DNA of 64,000 nt. Origin: an uncultured Anaerolineales bacterium (GTDB lineage Bacteria > Chloroflexota > Anaerolineae > Anaerolineales > RBG-16-64-43). The translations under genes and the position numbers were made by a program. Below, piece after piece: positions 38,997 to 48,983 of the stretch. The DNA lies in NCBI GenBank assembly GCA_964353865.1, contig CAYGXJ010000040.1, positions 36,329 to 100,328 on the forward strand, in the 5' to 3' direction. The notes beneath the pieces were generated by a model, which worked only from the letters and a program-made list of their open reading frames with translations, ran no database searches and was not told where the DNA came from. The stretch's first letter is position 1. Each line of letters starts with the position of its first letter.

Positions 38997-40523
38997 CTAG
39001 GTGGCTTGAAGTATCCGCTTGGCCACCATCTGCGCCCCCACCATCACATTCATCACCCCGCCCTGGCCCTCACTCTGCGCCCCGATGAACCACAAGCCCT
39101 CGATCGGTGTCTTGTGCGCCGGCGCCTTGTTGCCGATCACCGGCGGCACGCCACCGAACGAGTGATGCTCCTGATGGGTGCGGGTGCGGAAATCATCCGG
39201 CGTCAGGATCAGGCGGGTCTTCGTGTGCGCGCGCAGCCCGGGCACGTGGCGCTCCGCCTCGGCGATCAGTTTATCGGCCAGCTCCTCGCGACGCGCGCTC
39301 CACGAACCCTCGGCCAGCGTATCGGGCGCCACGGTGTAGACGGTCACGGCGTGATGCGCGGGCGGCGCCAGCGAGGGCGAGTGCAGCGAAGGCACGTAGA
39401 TCAGGAAGCCCTCCTTGCCCTCATGAAAGTCGCCGGCCCGCAGACGCTTGACCGCCCTTTCCATATCCTCGGTCTTGTAGTAGTAGCACAACGCCGCCGG
39501 CTGGTAGGGGGTCGGGTCGAAGTCGATCCCCAGATGAACCATCAGGACCGATTCCATCAGCCGGTTGCGCTCGATCTGGGCGATCAGTTTGGCGGGCAGA
39601 TGCTCGCGCCCGACCAACCCAAAGAACACCTCGCGCATCCCGCCCGAGGCGAGCACGAGATCGGAGGTCTCGAGGTGATCATTTGCCAGGACCACGCCCG
39701 CTGCCCGGCCGTTCTCGACCGCGATCTTCTTCACGGTGGTCATTGTCAGAAGCCTCCCACCGTGCTGCGTGATGACACCCAGGACGGCGTCGACCATCGC
39801 CTGGCAACCGCCGATCAGGTAGGAGTACGCGGTCTGCGCGCTGCGCGTACCCGGATAGGTGGGGATGCGCTTGTCGAATGCGGTCTCGAGGTGGAGCGAA
39901 GGGACCCCTAGTGCGGGGAACTCGCTCGGCGCGGTGACGAAGTCGGCGACGATACCCAGGAAGATCGTCTTCAGCGTCGGGGACTGGAAGTAGTGATCCA
40001 TGAGCTGATTGCTCGTCCAGTCGGCGACGCCCTTGACGCCCTGGAAGGCGAGCAGCATGCGTAGCTTGAGCCACAGCGCCGAGAGGCCCTCGGCGCTCTC
40101 CGCCTGACGGGTCAGACCCATCAGGCGGATCATCCGATCGTAGAAGCGGTAGTAGCGGCCTAGCGCCGCGGCCTCCGCCGGGAAGAGACGCTTCAGCCGC
40201 TCGCGCCGCCAGTAGGGCCCCTCATACTGCGCCGGTTTCCACAATGCGATACTGCCCAGCGCCAGGCCGCGATCCTCGTGCACCGCCTGGACGCGGTCGC
40301 TGACGCCGAGCTCCTCGAGAATGCGGCGGCCTTTGTCGCCTGGCGCGAAGCCTTCGACCAACAGAGGGCCGAGATCCCAGCCGAAGCCGTCGTGCCGGAC
40401 GGTCGCCGTCACGCCGCCCGGGGTAGAGAACTGCTCGAACACGGTGACCGCATGCCCGGCCTTCGCCAGGTATGCCCCGGCAGTCAACCCGGCCATGCCT
40501 GAGCCGATGATCGTGACCTTCAT
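38997..40523 (-). CDS. NAD(P)/FAD-dependent oxidoreductase (phytoene-desaturase/CrtI-like family)
   Basis: Dinucleotide-binding N-terminus MKVTIIGSGMAGLTAGAYLAKAGHAVTVFEQ and C-terminal GLWFIGAQSEGQGGV. Last gene of the minus-strand cluster. Confidence 0.8.
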   Translation of the reverse strand: MKVTIIGSGMAGLTAGAYLAKAGHAVTVFEQFSTPGGVTATVRHDGFGWDLGPLLVEGFAPGDKGRRILEELGVSDRVQAVHEDRGLALGSIALWKPAQYEGPYWRRERLKRLFPAEAAALGRYYRFYDRMIRLMGLTRQAESAEGLSALWLKLRMLLAFQGVKGVADWTSNQLMDHYFQSPTLKTIFLGIVADFVTAPSEFPALGVPSLHLETAFDKRIPTYPGTRSAQTAYSYLIGGCQAMVDAVLGVITQHGGRLLTMTTVKKIAVENGRAAGVVLANDHLETSDLVLASGGMREVFFGLVGREHLPAKLIAQIERNRLMESVLMVHLGIDFDPTPYQPAALCYYYKTEDMERAVKRLRAGDFHEGKEGFLIYVPSLHSPSLAPPAHHAVTVYTVAPDTLAEGSWSARREELADKLIAEAERHVPGLRAHTKTRLILTPDDFRTRTHQEHHSFGGVPPVIGNKAPAHKTPIEGLWFIGAQSEGQGGVMNVMVGAQMVAKRILQAT

Positions 40524-40570
40524 GGGATCCTCACATCGGGCCGATGCCCGAAACGTGCCTCTGCGACTCG

Positions 40571-41941
40571 CTAAGCTGACTTTCCGGCCAAGCCCTTGCG
40601 CGCCGCGAGCTCCTGCACCAACTCACCATGCGACTTGCGTGTGATCGGATACCAGATCAGGAACGGCAGGCTGATCAGGATGACGGCAGCCGGCACGACG
40701 GCGAAGAACAGCCGGATGCCGAACAGCGCCCGGGCGGTCTGGGCCACGTTCGGGATGTACCCGAACCAGTTCAGCGCCCAGCCACTGACCGCCACGCCCA
40801 GGGCGCTGGTGAACTTCGAGAGAAAGGCCCACAGGCCGTAATAGACGCCTTCGCGTCGTTCGCCGGTGATCTTCTCGTCATACTCCACCACGTCCGGCAG
40901 CATGCTCCACGGGAAGACCCACTGGGCGGAGAATCCCAGCCCGGCCACCGCGGCCACCACGTAGATCAAGGGTGTGGGACCGCCGGGGAGGAAGAAGCCG
41001 GCCATGACGGCCACCGAGGCGATGAACAGCCCCAGCGCGTAGGCCGGGCCCTTGTTGATCCTGTCAGAGACCTTCTTGGCGGGAATGAGGAAGATCCCAA
41101 TCACCAAGAGCATAACCAGGAGCACGAACGAGACCTGGTCGCCCATGCCCAGTTGATACGTGATGAAGTAGGGCACCAGCGCTGTGAGCACGGTGAAGCT
41201 GAAGCTGCTCAGAAACTGGGCGATCATCAGGATGACGAACGGCCGGTTCTTGAAGCACGTCAGCATGGCCTTGAGGGCTGGCAGTTTGGAGGGTTCACCC
41301 ACCATCGTGGGGTCTTCCCTGACTGAGAGGGTCGTGACCAGCGTAGTGATGATGGCGATGGCTCCGAACACGGCGCCGGTGGCGCTCCACGCCTGCTGCA
41401 GGTTGAGGCCGGCCCCGTGGAAGATCCCGGCCAGCATCGTGGTCAGGGCCGCGCCCAGGATGTAGCCGACCACACTGTAGACCATGCGGATCGAGGTCAG
41501 ACTCCCCCGCTCGCTATAGTCGCGCGTGAGCTCGGGCGTCATGGCGTAGTACGAGGTGGAGACCATGGTGTGGAAGGAGTCCAAGAGCCAGAAGCTCCCC
41601 AGGATAGCCAGGAATGCCGCGACGCCGGACAACCCCTTGGGGATCGAGAACATGATCCAGGCCGCGATGCCCAGAGGCACGGCGCCGATCAGCATCCAGA
41701 TCCGCCGACGGCCGAACCGGGATCGCGTTCGATCGGACCAGTAGCCGAACAGCGGATCGTTGAATGCATCCCAGGTGAGCTTGCCGACCATCAGGGCCAG
41801 GCCGGCCAGGGCCGGATTGATGCCGGCCACGTCGGTGTAGTAGAAGAGCAGGAAGAACTGCATGGCGGAGGTGATCAGGGCAATGCCCAGATCGGCCAGG
41901 CCGTAACGCACTTTGATGCCGAGCGTCAGTCGCGGGTTCAT
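40571..41941 (-). CDS. GPH-family (glycoside-pentoside-hexuronide:cation) MFS symporter
   Basis: YGLADLGIALITSAMQFFLLFYYTDVAG...DAFNDPLFGYWSDRTRSRFGRRR are GPH signatures. About 12 TM segments. Confidence 0.8.
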   Translation of the reverse strand: MNPRLTLGIKVRYGLADLGIALITSAMQFFLLFYYTDVAGINPALAGLALMVGKLTWDAFNDPLFGYWSDRTRSRFGRRRIWMLIGAVPLGIAAWIMFSIPKGLSGVAAFLAILGSFWLLDSFHTMVSTSYYAMTPELTRDYSERGSLTSIRMVYSVVGYILGAALTTMLAGIFHGAGLNLQQAWSATGAVFGAIAIITTLVTTLSVREDPTMVGEPSKLPALKAMLTCFKNRPFVILMIAQFLSSFSFTVLTALVPYFITYQLGMGDQVSFVLLVMLLVIGIFLIPAKKVSDRINKGPAYALGLFIASVAVMAGFFLPGGPTPLIYVVAAVAGLGFSAQWVFPWSMLPDVVEYDEKITGERREGVYYGLWAFLSKFTSALGVAVSGWALNWFGYIPNVAQTARALFGIRLFFAVVPAAVILISLPFLIWYPITRKSHGELVQELAARKGLAGKSA

Positions 41942-42098
41942 GGGGGCTCCTTATCGAGGAAGGGTAGAAGTGCCGGGGTCAATAATACAGGCACACGAAA
42001 CGAGGTGCCGTGGATCATGCAGCCCACTCGGGCCGGAGCGTCTTGCGTCCGCGGCGGAATCCAGATGTCAATCACTTGCCCCGGGCCCTGATGCACCT

Positions 42099-43175
42099 TT
42101 AGCCCACATCAGATGTTCTGACCTCCCGCCCAGCGCGGGCTGACTCAAGCGCTGCTAGAGAGATCTGGAGAACAGCCTTGCCCGTCGGGCCGTCGAGCCG
42201 CGGCTGGCCGCCATGCTTCAGCTTCTCGATCAGGTCCACCGTGGCGGCGATGAAGCTGTCGTGCCATTCCACGCCCTGGACGGGGATGGCGGTCGTCTTG
42301 CCGTCCTTGAAGAGCATCAGCTCCGGCAAATCGACGGTCCGCGCCGTATAGCGGTTGATGAACAGGATTCCCTTGTCGCCGACGATCTCGACCCGGTCGT
42401 CATCCGCGTAGTAGGCCGAGTCGATGCGCGTCTCCGGCGTGTGCTCGATATCGAGTACGCCGTAGCAGCGTGGCGCCTGATACTGGAACATGACCACCGC
42501 CGGCGCATCGATGTTGACCCCGGGTGCGACGGGCGTGCCGTCGATCCAGGCGCAGACCCGCGCGACGGGCCCGGCCAGGAAGTAGGCGAGCGAGAAGAGG
42601 TGGTAGCCGTGGTCGAAGACCAGCTCCCCTCCGCCGCATAGCTTCTCGTCGAACCGCCACACCCATGCGGAGAGTGGCACCTCCCAGCCGGTGGTCGACG
42701 TCCCGGTCGAGATGTGCATCCGCACGGCGCGCACTTCGCCGATCTCGCCCGCCTCGATCATCTGACGGGCGCGCACGGCCGGCGCGTAGTAGACGAAGTT
42801 CTCGTAGACTCGCAACACGACGCCCGCCGTCTGGGCGGCGGCGATCATCTGATCGGCCTCGGAGGCCGTGAGTGCCATCGGCTTCTGGACCGAGACGTGC
42901 TTCCCGGCCTGGCAAGCGGCTACCGTCATCGGGCAGTGCAGGTGGTGCGGGGTCAAGAGCTCGACAAGATCGATCTCTTTGTCGTTCAGCACCTGCTCGA
43001 AGTCGGTGTAGAACTTCTTGACCCCCCAGGCCGAAGCCTTCGCCTGAGCACGCTCGCCATCGGTATCGCACACCGCCACGATGCGGGCATCGTCACGACC
43101 ACAGTAGCCAAGCTGGTGCAGGTCGCTGATGCGCCCGCATCCGACGAGGGCGGCTCGAATCGTCTCCATGGTCAA
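42099..43175 (-). CDS. Gfo/Idh/MocA family oxidoreductase
   Basis: The N-terminal Rossmann segment reads IRAALVGCGRISDLH...DLVELLTPHHLH...GKHVSVQKPMA. Confidence 0.85.
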   Translation of the reverse strand: MTMETIRAALVGCGRISDLHQLGYCGRDDARIVAVCDTDGERAQAKASAWGVKKFYTDFEQVLNDKEIDLVELLTPHHLHCPMTVAACQAGKHVSVQKPMALTASEADQMIAAAQTAGVVLRVYENFVYYAPAVRARQMIEAGEIGEVRAVRMHISTGTSTTGWEVPLSAWVWRFDEKLCGGGELVFDHGYHLFSLAYFLAGPVARVCAWIDGTPVAPGVNIDAPAVVMFQYQAPRCYGVLDIEHTPETRIDSAYYADDDRVEIVGDKGILFINRYTARTVDLPELMLFKDGKTTAIPVQGVEWHDSFIAATVDLIEKLKHGGQPRLDGPTGKAVLQISLAALESARAGREVRTSDVG

Positions 43176-43204
43176 CCCTTCTTCTTCTCCATTGAAAGCC
43201 GGGA

Positions 43205-44569
43205 CTACTTGGCGCCCGTCTGCGACTCACTCGCCTCGAGCTTGGCGCGCACCGCGGCGTGTGACTTGCGCGTGATCGGATAGCGGATGAGGAGCGGCAG
43301 CGAAAGGAAGATGCATACCGCCGGGATCAGCCCGAAGAAGGCACGGATGCCGAGCAGCGCCTGCGGCGTCTGCTCCACATTGGGAACATAACCCGAGCCG
43401 GTCAGGATCCAGCCCACGGCGGCCAGCGCGAAGGCCTCCGAGACCTTGGTCGCCAGCCCCCACACGCCGTAGTACACGCCGCTGCGCTGCTGCCCGGTCT
43501 CGGCGCGATCGAAATCGGCCACGTCGGCCACCATCGACCAGGGGAAGATCCACTGCGCGGCGAGCCCGAATCCGCCCAACAGGGCAACCAGGTAGACCAG
43601 CGGGGTCTCTCGGTGCGGCAGGAAGAATGTGATGGCGAACGCCAGCGCTCCAATGGCCATGCCCAGCGCGTACGCCGGTCCCTTGTCCATCTTCTGCCCG
43701 AGCCATTTCCAGAAGGGGATTGAGGCCGTAACGCAAATCAGCATCAGGCCCATCACCAGCGCGGTTTGCTCCTTCATCAGGAGTTGGTACTCGATGTAGT
43801 AGGCCATCAGCGTCTTGACGAAGGCGAAGGCAATGTTCATCACAAGATAGGTCCCACACAGCCAGAGGAACGGCTTGTTGCGCATGGCAAGGGCGAAGGA
43901 TCGGAGGGGCGAGGCCTCAGAGGGAGCCACGGCCGCGACGCCGCGCTCGCGGATGCCGGCGACGGAGATCAGCAGCACGAGCGCCGCCAGGGCGCCATAG
44001 GCGATACCGATGAACGCGAAGCCGGTGCGCTGCAAGGCGAACAGGCCCACGATGGCGGGCGTCAGCGCCGCCCCCACCAGGTAGGCCGGGACGGCCAGCG
44101 CCATCCGGTAGGAGATCAGGGCCGAGCGCTCATCGTAGTCGTCGGTCAGTTCCGAGGTGAGCGCGTAGTAGGGGACATTGGTGATCGTCCACAGCGTGTC
44201 GAACAGCATGAAGGTCAGCGCAATCCAGATGAAGGTGGAGATCCGCTCTGCGGGAGGGACGTACCAGAGCAGGGCGATGGAGATGCCGAGCGGGATGGCG
44301 CCGAAGATCATGAAGACCCGGCGCTTGCCGAAGCGCGACTTCGCCTTGTCGGTGAACCAGCCGGCCAAGGGATCGTTGATCGCATCCCAGATCTTGCCAA
44401 TGAGCAGCGCGCTGCCGGCCAGGGCCGGCACGACCAACGCGGCGTCGGTGTAGAACTTCATCAAGAAGAACTGCACGGCCGAGTTGACCGTGGCGTTGCC
44501 CACGTCCCCCATGCCGTAGAAGAACTTGGTGCGCGCCGGCAGCTTGCCAGATTTCGATGCATTGCCCAT
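43205..44569 (-). CDS. GPH-family MFS symporter (second copy)
   Basis: MGNASKSGKLPARTKFFYGMGDVGNATV...DAINDPLAGWFTDKAKSRFGKRR. Start at ATG 44569; the 743-aa ORF 43205..45436 is an artefactual 5' extension across the next gene. Confidence 0.8.
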   Translation of the reverse strand: MGNASKSGKLPARTKFFYGMGDVGNATVNSAVQFFLMKFYTDAALVVPALAGSALLIGKIWDAINDPLAGWFTDKAKSRFGKRRVFMIFGAIPLGISIALLWYVPPAERISTFIWIALTFMLFDTLWTITNVPYYALTSELTDDYDERSALISYRMALAVPAYLVGAALTPAIVGLFALQRTGFAFIGIAYGALAALVLLISVAGIRERGVAAVAPSEASPLRSFALAMRNKPFLWLCGTYLVMNIAFAFVKTLMAYYIEYQLLMKEQTALVMGLMLICVTASIPFWKWLGQKMDKGPAYALGMAIGALAFAITFFLPHRETPLVYLVALLGGFGLAAQWIFPWSMVADVADFDRAETGQQRSGVYYGVWGLATKVSEAFALAAVGWILTGSGYVPNVEQTPQALLGIRAFFGLIPAVCIFLSLPLLIRYPITRKSHAAVRAKLEASESQTGAK

Positions 44570-44589
44570 GGATTCCTCCCCTGTCCCCG

Positions 44590-45219
44590 TCAAATCGATC
44601 CGAGGAACGCGCGGACGCGTGGGTCGGCCTTCGCAGCGGAGTCCAGAACAGGACGGAAGGCCGGGAATGTGAGCGCCGGGCGAACGACCTCGCCCGGCAA
44701 GGCTTCCAGGATCTCGATCATCGGCCGGTGAGCGGCGGTGGACACCTGCCCCAACATCTTGCGTGCCTCTCGCTGCGGCTCGGCGCGTTCGCTCGGGTAG
44801 CCCTCGCCCCGTCCGGGGCCGAGCAGGGCGTCGAATATTAAACGCAGGTTGACGTCGGATGCCCAGCCATAGCCCTGATTGAGCGCCAGCGAGATGCAGT
44901 TGCCGGCATTGATGCGCGAGAAGAGCCACGCATCCAAGGGCGTGAGCAGATGGCCGCACACCACGCCGGGATACTGCAGTACGGCATTCATGAAGCCGAG
45001 GCCGGTCCCGCAGCCGCCGACAACGAGATCGGCCGCGTTGAGGTGCACGAGCAGCGCCGCCATCAAGCCGGTGTGAATGTAGAGCAGCGCGGGGACCTCT
45101 CCGGCGGCGGTGTTGCCGAGGTTGTGGATCTCGAGCCCGCGCCCGTCCAGCGCGGCGAGGAGGTCCGCGTTCCGATGTGCGGCGCTGATCTCGTTGATCA
45201 CGGCGACACGCATACTCAC
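44590..45219 (-). CDS. RpiB/LacA/LacB-family sugar(-phosphate) isomerase-like protein
   Basis: 209 aa. MRVAVINE...LVVGGCGTGLGFMNAVLQYPGV resembles RpiB/LacAB. Start is GTG 45219 (GTGA overlap with the transketolase stop) or ATG 45213. Confidence 0.6.
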   Translation of the reverse strand: MSMRVAVINEISAAHRNADLLAALDGRGLEIHNLGNTAAGEVPALLYIHTGLMAALLVHLNAADLVVGGCGTGLGFMNAVLQYPGVVCGHLLTPLDAWLFSRINAGNCISLALNQGYGWASDVNLRLIFDALLGPGRGEGYPSERAEPQREARKMLGQVSTAAHRPMIEILEALPGEVVRPALTFPAFRPVLDSAAKADPRVRAFLGSI

Positions 45220-46172
45220 CTTCCTGACTTGCGCACAAGAACCCGCTGCGCCGCAGCTCGTATGTCGGCTTCGGAGAGCCCGCAGGCGTCCAGGAGCGAC
45301 TCGGGATCGCGCCCGGTGGGGCAGAAGTGGTCGCGGATGCCGACGCGCTCCAGCGGAACTGGGTGGCCCTCGGCCAAGGTCTCGGCCACGGCGCTGCCGA
45401 GCCCGCCGAGGATGTTGTGCTCCTCGACCGTGACAAGGGCGCCGGTATCGCCTGCGGCCTGGAGGATCAGGTCGCGGTCGAACGGTTTGAGCGTGTGGAT
45501 CTCGACGAGGCGCGCGTCGATCCCCTGCTGTGCGAGGGCCTCGGCTGCGCGCCGGCTGCGCCCTACCATCGCCCCGCTTGCGACCAGTGTCACGTCGGCA
45601 CCGGACCGAAGGACGATGCCCTTCCCGATTTCGAGCGCAATTGTGCCGTCGTGTGCCGGCAAGGTCGCCGCCCGGCTGATCCGCAGGTAGACCGGGCCGT
45701 CGAACTCGGCGACGCGTGGCACCCAGGCAGCCGCCTCGTCCGCATCGGCCGGGACGATCACCGTGATGTTCGGCAGCGCGCGCAGGTTGGCGATGTCAGT
45801 CATCGAGTAATGTGTGGCGCCGTCCTTGAAGTCCGAGAGGCCGGCGAATCCTGCCACCAGCTTGATGTTGGTGCGCGCGTAGCACACGCAGGTCCGCACC
45901 TGTTCAAGTGCGCGCAACGAGAGCAGGCAAGCGAAGGCGTTGGCGAAGGGGATCAGGCCGCCCAGCGCCAGCCCGACGGCGACGTCGACCATGGCCGGCT
46001 CGGCGATGCCGATGTTGAAGAAGCGCTCCGGGAAGCGCTTGGCGAAGAACGAGGAGAGCGTGGAGGCGGATGTGTCCACATCCAGGGCAACGACGTCTGG
46101 GTGCGCAGCCGCATAGTCGGCCAGCGCCCGCCCGTACGCCTCGCGCATCGACACCTCGCCCATGTCAGCCAT
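45216..46172 (-). CDS. transketolase, C-terminal (pyrimidine-binding) subunit
   Basis: MREAYGRALADYAAAHPDVVALDVDTS...FFNIGIAEPAMV is the split-transketolase B-subunit pattern. It overlaps the upstream subunit by 8 nt. Confidence 0.85.
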   Translation of the reverse strand: MADMGEVSMREAYGRALADYAAAHPDVVALDVDTSASTLSSFFAKRFPERFFNIGIAEPAMVDVAVGLALGGLIPFANAFACLLSLRALEQVRTCVCYARTNIKLVAGFAGLSDFKDGATHYSMTDIANLRALPNITVIVPADADEAAAWVPRVAEFDGPVYLRISRAATLPAHDGTIALEIGKGIVLRSGADVTLVASGAMVGRSRRAAEALAQQGIDARLVEIHTLKPFDRDLILQAAGDTGALVTVEEHNILGGLGSAVAETLAEGHPVPLERVGIRDHFCPTGRDPESLLDACGLSEADIRAAAQRVLVRKSGR

Positions 46173-47001
46173 CCCCGCCAAGCTCGGCCAGCGCCTGCTG
46201 GAGCTGCGCCGGCGTGGGGACGCCGCCATGCCAGGCGGCGTCGTTCTCCATGAATGAAACGCCCTTGCCCTTCACCGTTCGGGCGATGATCATCGTCGGC
46301 CGGTCGCCGGAGGCGGCTGCCTCATCGAGCACCTCGGCGAGCTGCCGGACGTCGTGGCCGTCGGCCTCGAGCACGCGCCAACCCCATGCGGACCAACGCG
46401 CGCCGAGATGTTCCATCGGCATGATCTCGCTGACTGGTCCGTCGAGCTGCACGCCGTTGTTGTCGACGATGCCGATCAGGTTGCCCAAGCCGTACTTGGC
46501 GGCGACGGCCGCGCCCTCCCACACGATGCCGCCCTGGCACTCCCCATCGCCGAGTAGGACAACCGTGCGGTAGTCGGCGTCGCGCAATCGTGCGGCAAGG
46601 GCGAGGCCGGCGCCGATCGCCACGCCGTGCCCGAGCAGCCCGCTGGTCATGTCGACGCCAGGCGTCTTCAGCCGATCCGGGTGTGCCTGGTGCGGGCAGT
46701 CCACCTCGCCCCAGCGCTCGAGCTCGACCAAGGGGAAGAAACCGCGCAGCGCCAGGGCGGCGTAGAGCGCGGCTGAGGCGTGACCCTTGCTGAGCACGAA
46801 GCGATCTCGAGCCTCCCACATTGGGTTCGCCGGGTCGATCCTCAGGAAGTGGAAGTAGAGCACTGCCAGGATCTCCGCCGCCGAGAGCGCCCCGCCGATG
46901 TGGCCAGCCCCTCGGCGGGTGATCAGACGCAGGCTCTCGACCCGAAGGCGCCGGGCGATCTCGTAGAGGTTGGCGACGTGGTCGGCCGTGAGTGGCGGCA
47001 T
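46165..47001 (-). CDS. transketolase, N-terminal (TPP-binding) subunit
   Basis: IARRLRVESLRLITRRGAGHIGGALSAAEILAVLYF...LSKGHASAALY...GDGECQGGIVWEG. Start at ATG 47001; the 683-aa ORF is an artefactual extension. Confidence 0.85.
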   Translation of the reverse strand: MPPLTADHVANLYEIARRLRVESLRLITRRGAGHIGGALSAAEILAVLYFHFLRIDPANPMWEARDRFVLSKGHASAALYAALALRGFFPLVELERWGEVDCPHQAHPDRLKTPGVDMTSGLLGHGVAIGAGLALAARLRDADYRTVVLLGDGECQGGIVWEGAAVAAKYGLGNLIGIVDNNGVQLDGPVSEIMPMEHLGARWSAWGWRVLEADGHDVRQLAEVLDEAAASGDRPTMIIARTVKGKGVSFMENDAAWHGGVPTPAQLQQALAELGGDG

Positions 47002-47009
47002 CCGGATCC

Positions 47010-48899
47010 TCAAAGACCGATCTCGTGGCGGAGGGCTTGGGTCTCGTCGCACCAGTTGCCGACGTTCCAGCGACCGAAGACGCCCATGCCGCCCAGCTCG
47101 TGGGGGCCGAAGTAGACCGGCACGTGAATCAGGGACAGCCCCGGATGCCTCCCCGCCTGTTCCAGCGCGGCCTGGAGCGTATCGGGCGTGCGGCCTCCAT
47201 CGAGCGCCAGCAGGCCAGGGACGGCACGGCCCCAGGCGAGGTAGTCGACGTGGACGGTGTTCCGAGTGGCGAACTCGGCGCCGTACTGCGCCTGCTGCAG
47301 ACCGCTGATCGCCGCCATGCGACCGTTGTCCAGGATCAGGATGCACCCCGTCGCCCCGTGCTCCACGCCGTCTATCAGAATCTGCGGGTTCATTGTGAAC
47401 GAGCCGTCGCCGGTGACTGCCAGGCCGTAGAAGGGCTGGGAAGCCGCGGCTGTGGCCAGCAGCGCCGAGACTGCGAATCCCATGTAGCTGGCGCCGGTCT
47501 CGGTGAACAACTGATCGGGCCGCTCGACCTCGGCGATCTGGAAGCCGTTGGCCTGAACATCGCCGGCGTCGAAGAAGGCGATCGCCTCCCGCGCCTTGGC
47601 CCACGCCAGCGCGATCCGGATCGCCGCCGGTTGGGTCAGGACCGGAACGCCCCAGTAGTCGTCCTGGAGCACGGGCACCGCGGCCCGCGCCGCCTTGTGC
47701 GCCTCCCACTCGGCCTTCCTCTCGGCGCAGGTTCGCAGCCACTCCTCCTTCGTCGATGGTGGCTGGGCGCGCAGGGTTCGGTTCAGTTCGCGCAGCGTCA
47801 GGCGCAGGTCGCCGAGGAGCGGAAGGGTGCGGTTGTAGTGCAGAGCGTCGTTCAGGTCGGCGTTGAGGTTGATCACCTGTTTCACCGATGGGTACCCGGT
47901 GCGCGAGCAATCCGACTGACAGACAGCTCGCGTGCCGACGGCGATCAGCAGGTCGGCCTGCTCCATGGCGAAGTTGCCGCACAGCGAGCCCTTCGAGCCC
48001 CCCACGCCCAGGTTCTGTGGATGTGACGAGGGAACGCATCCGGCGGCGATCGGGGTGTGGACTAGGGCCGCCCCGGAGAGCTCGAGCAGCGCCTCCAGTT
48101 CCCGGCCGGCGTGTCGGGCGCCGCCCCCGACCTTGATCATCGGCCGACGCGCCGCGTGGATCCAATGGACGGCCTGCGCGAGGTCGCCTTGCGTCAACCC
48201 GAGAGCCGCGGTGCATGCCGTCGGGAGCTCGTCCAGGTCGAACTCCGGCATCCAGGCGGCCTGCGTGTTCATCGGGAGCAGGAGGTAGAACGGCGCGGGA
48301 CGGGTCGGGTGGTCGACGGCGGCGGCGCCGCGTCGGAGGGCCGTCGCCAGGGCCAGCGGCGTGTGCAGCGAATAGGCCGGCCCCATCGCCGCCGCCAAGC
48401 GCAGAAACAGCCCCTGCTCGTGCCGAGGGATCTGCTGCATATTGAAGCCCTCGTCCTCGGTCGTCTCGTCCCCGAACAGGTACCAGACCCCGAGCCCATC
48501 CGAGGCGGAGACAAGCGAGGCCGCCAACGCCTGGAGGGCGCCGGGCCCGATCGAGGTCACGACCGCGGCCTTCTCGTCTCGCACCCAGCGCAACGCCGCG
48601 GCGGCGTGCGAAGCCTCGATCTCGCTGCGGACGGCCAGGACGCGCACCAATCCAGCCTCCTGGTAGATCCGCAGGACCTCGCCCACCTCGGTCGATCCGT
48701 GGCCGAAGACTGCGAAGTAGTTCCGCACGCTCTGCTGCAACAGGCCGAGAACCAGGGCTTCGGAGAGCGTCAGACCGACGCGCCGGGGGATCAGACCCTG
48801 GGTGCGAGCCGCTGCCAACCCACCGGCCCGGGCGATCACCGCGGCCCGATCGATGCGCGCCTGGGCGACCATGTGCTTGGACGGAGAGACCTGGGTCAT
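47010..48899 (-). CDS. thiamine-pyrophosphate-dependent enzyme (acetolactate-synthase superfamily, IolD-like)
   Basis: 629 aa. FAVFGHGSTEVG...VTSIGPGALQALAASLVSA...NMQQIP is followed by the C-terminal TPP motif LAVTGDGSFTMNPQIL...ILDNGRMAAI. Confidence 0.8.
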   Translation of the reverse strand: MTQVSPSKHMVAQARIDRAAVIARAGGLAAARTQGLIPRRVGLTLSEALVLGLLQQSVRNYFAVFGHGSTEVGEVLRIYQEAGLVRVLAVRSEIEASHAAAALRWVRDEKAAVVTSIGPGALQALAASLVSASDGLGVWYLFGDETTEDEGFNMQQIPRHEQGLFLRLAAAMGPAYSLHTPLALATALRRGAAAVDHPTRPAPFYLLLPMNTQAAWMPEFDLDELPTACTAALGLTQGDLAQAVHWIHAARRPMIKVGGGARHAGRELEALLELSGAALVHTPIAAGCVPSSHPQNLGVGGSKGSLCGNFAMEQADLLIAVGTRAVCQSDCSRTGYPSVKQVINLNADLNDALHYNRTLPLLGDLRLTLRELNRTLRAQPPSTKEEWLRTCAERKAEWEAHKAARAAVPVLQDDYWGVPVLTQPAAIRIALAWAKAREAIAFFDAGDVQANGFQIAEVERPDQLFTETGASYMGFAVSALLATAAASQPFYGLAVTGDGSFTMNPQILIDGVEHGATGCILILDNGRMAAISGLQQAQYGAEFATRNTVHVDYLAWGRAVPGLLALDGGRTPDTLQAALEQAGRHPGLSLIHVPVYFGPHELGGMGVFGRWNVGNWCDETQALRHEIGL

Positions 48900-48983
48900 G
48901 AGGCGTCCCTCGAATGGACAGTGCCGTGCCGGAATGCGGTTTCCCGAGTTCGCCGGACCCGGTGAAGCCGACGTGAAGCGGGG

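Noticed and set aside
43205-48216. 743-aa ORF 43205..45436 and 683-aa ORF 46165..48216 as giant proteins
   Set aside because: Only the 3' portions encode recognisable proteins (a GPH symporter from ATG 44569 and the transketolase N-subunit from ATG 47001). The 5' extensions are Arg/Pro-rich and overlap well-supported genes in other frames.
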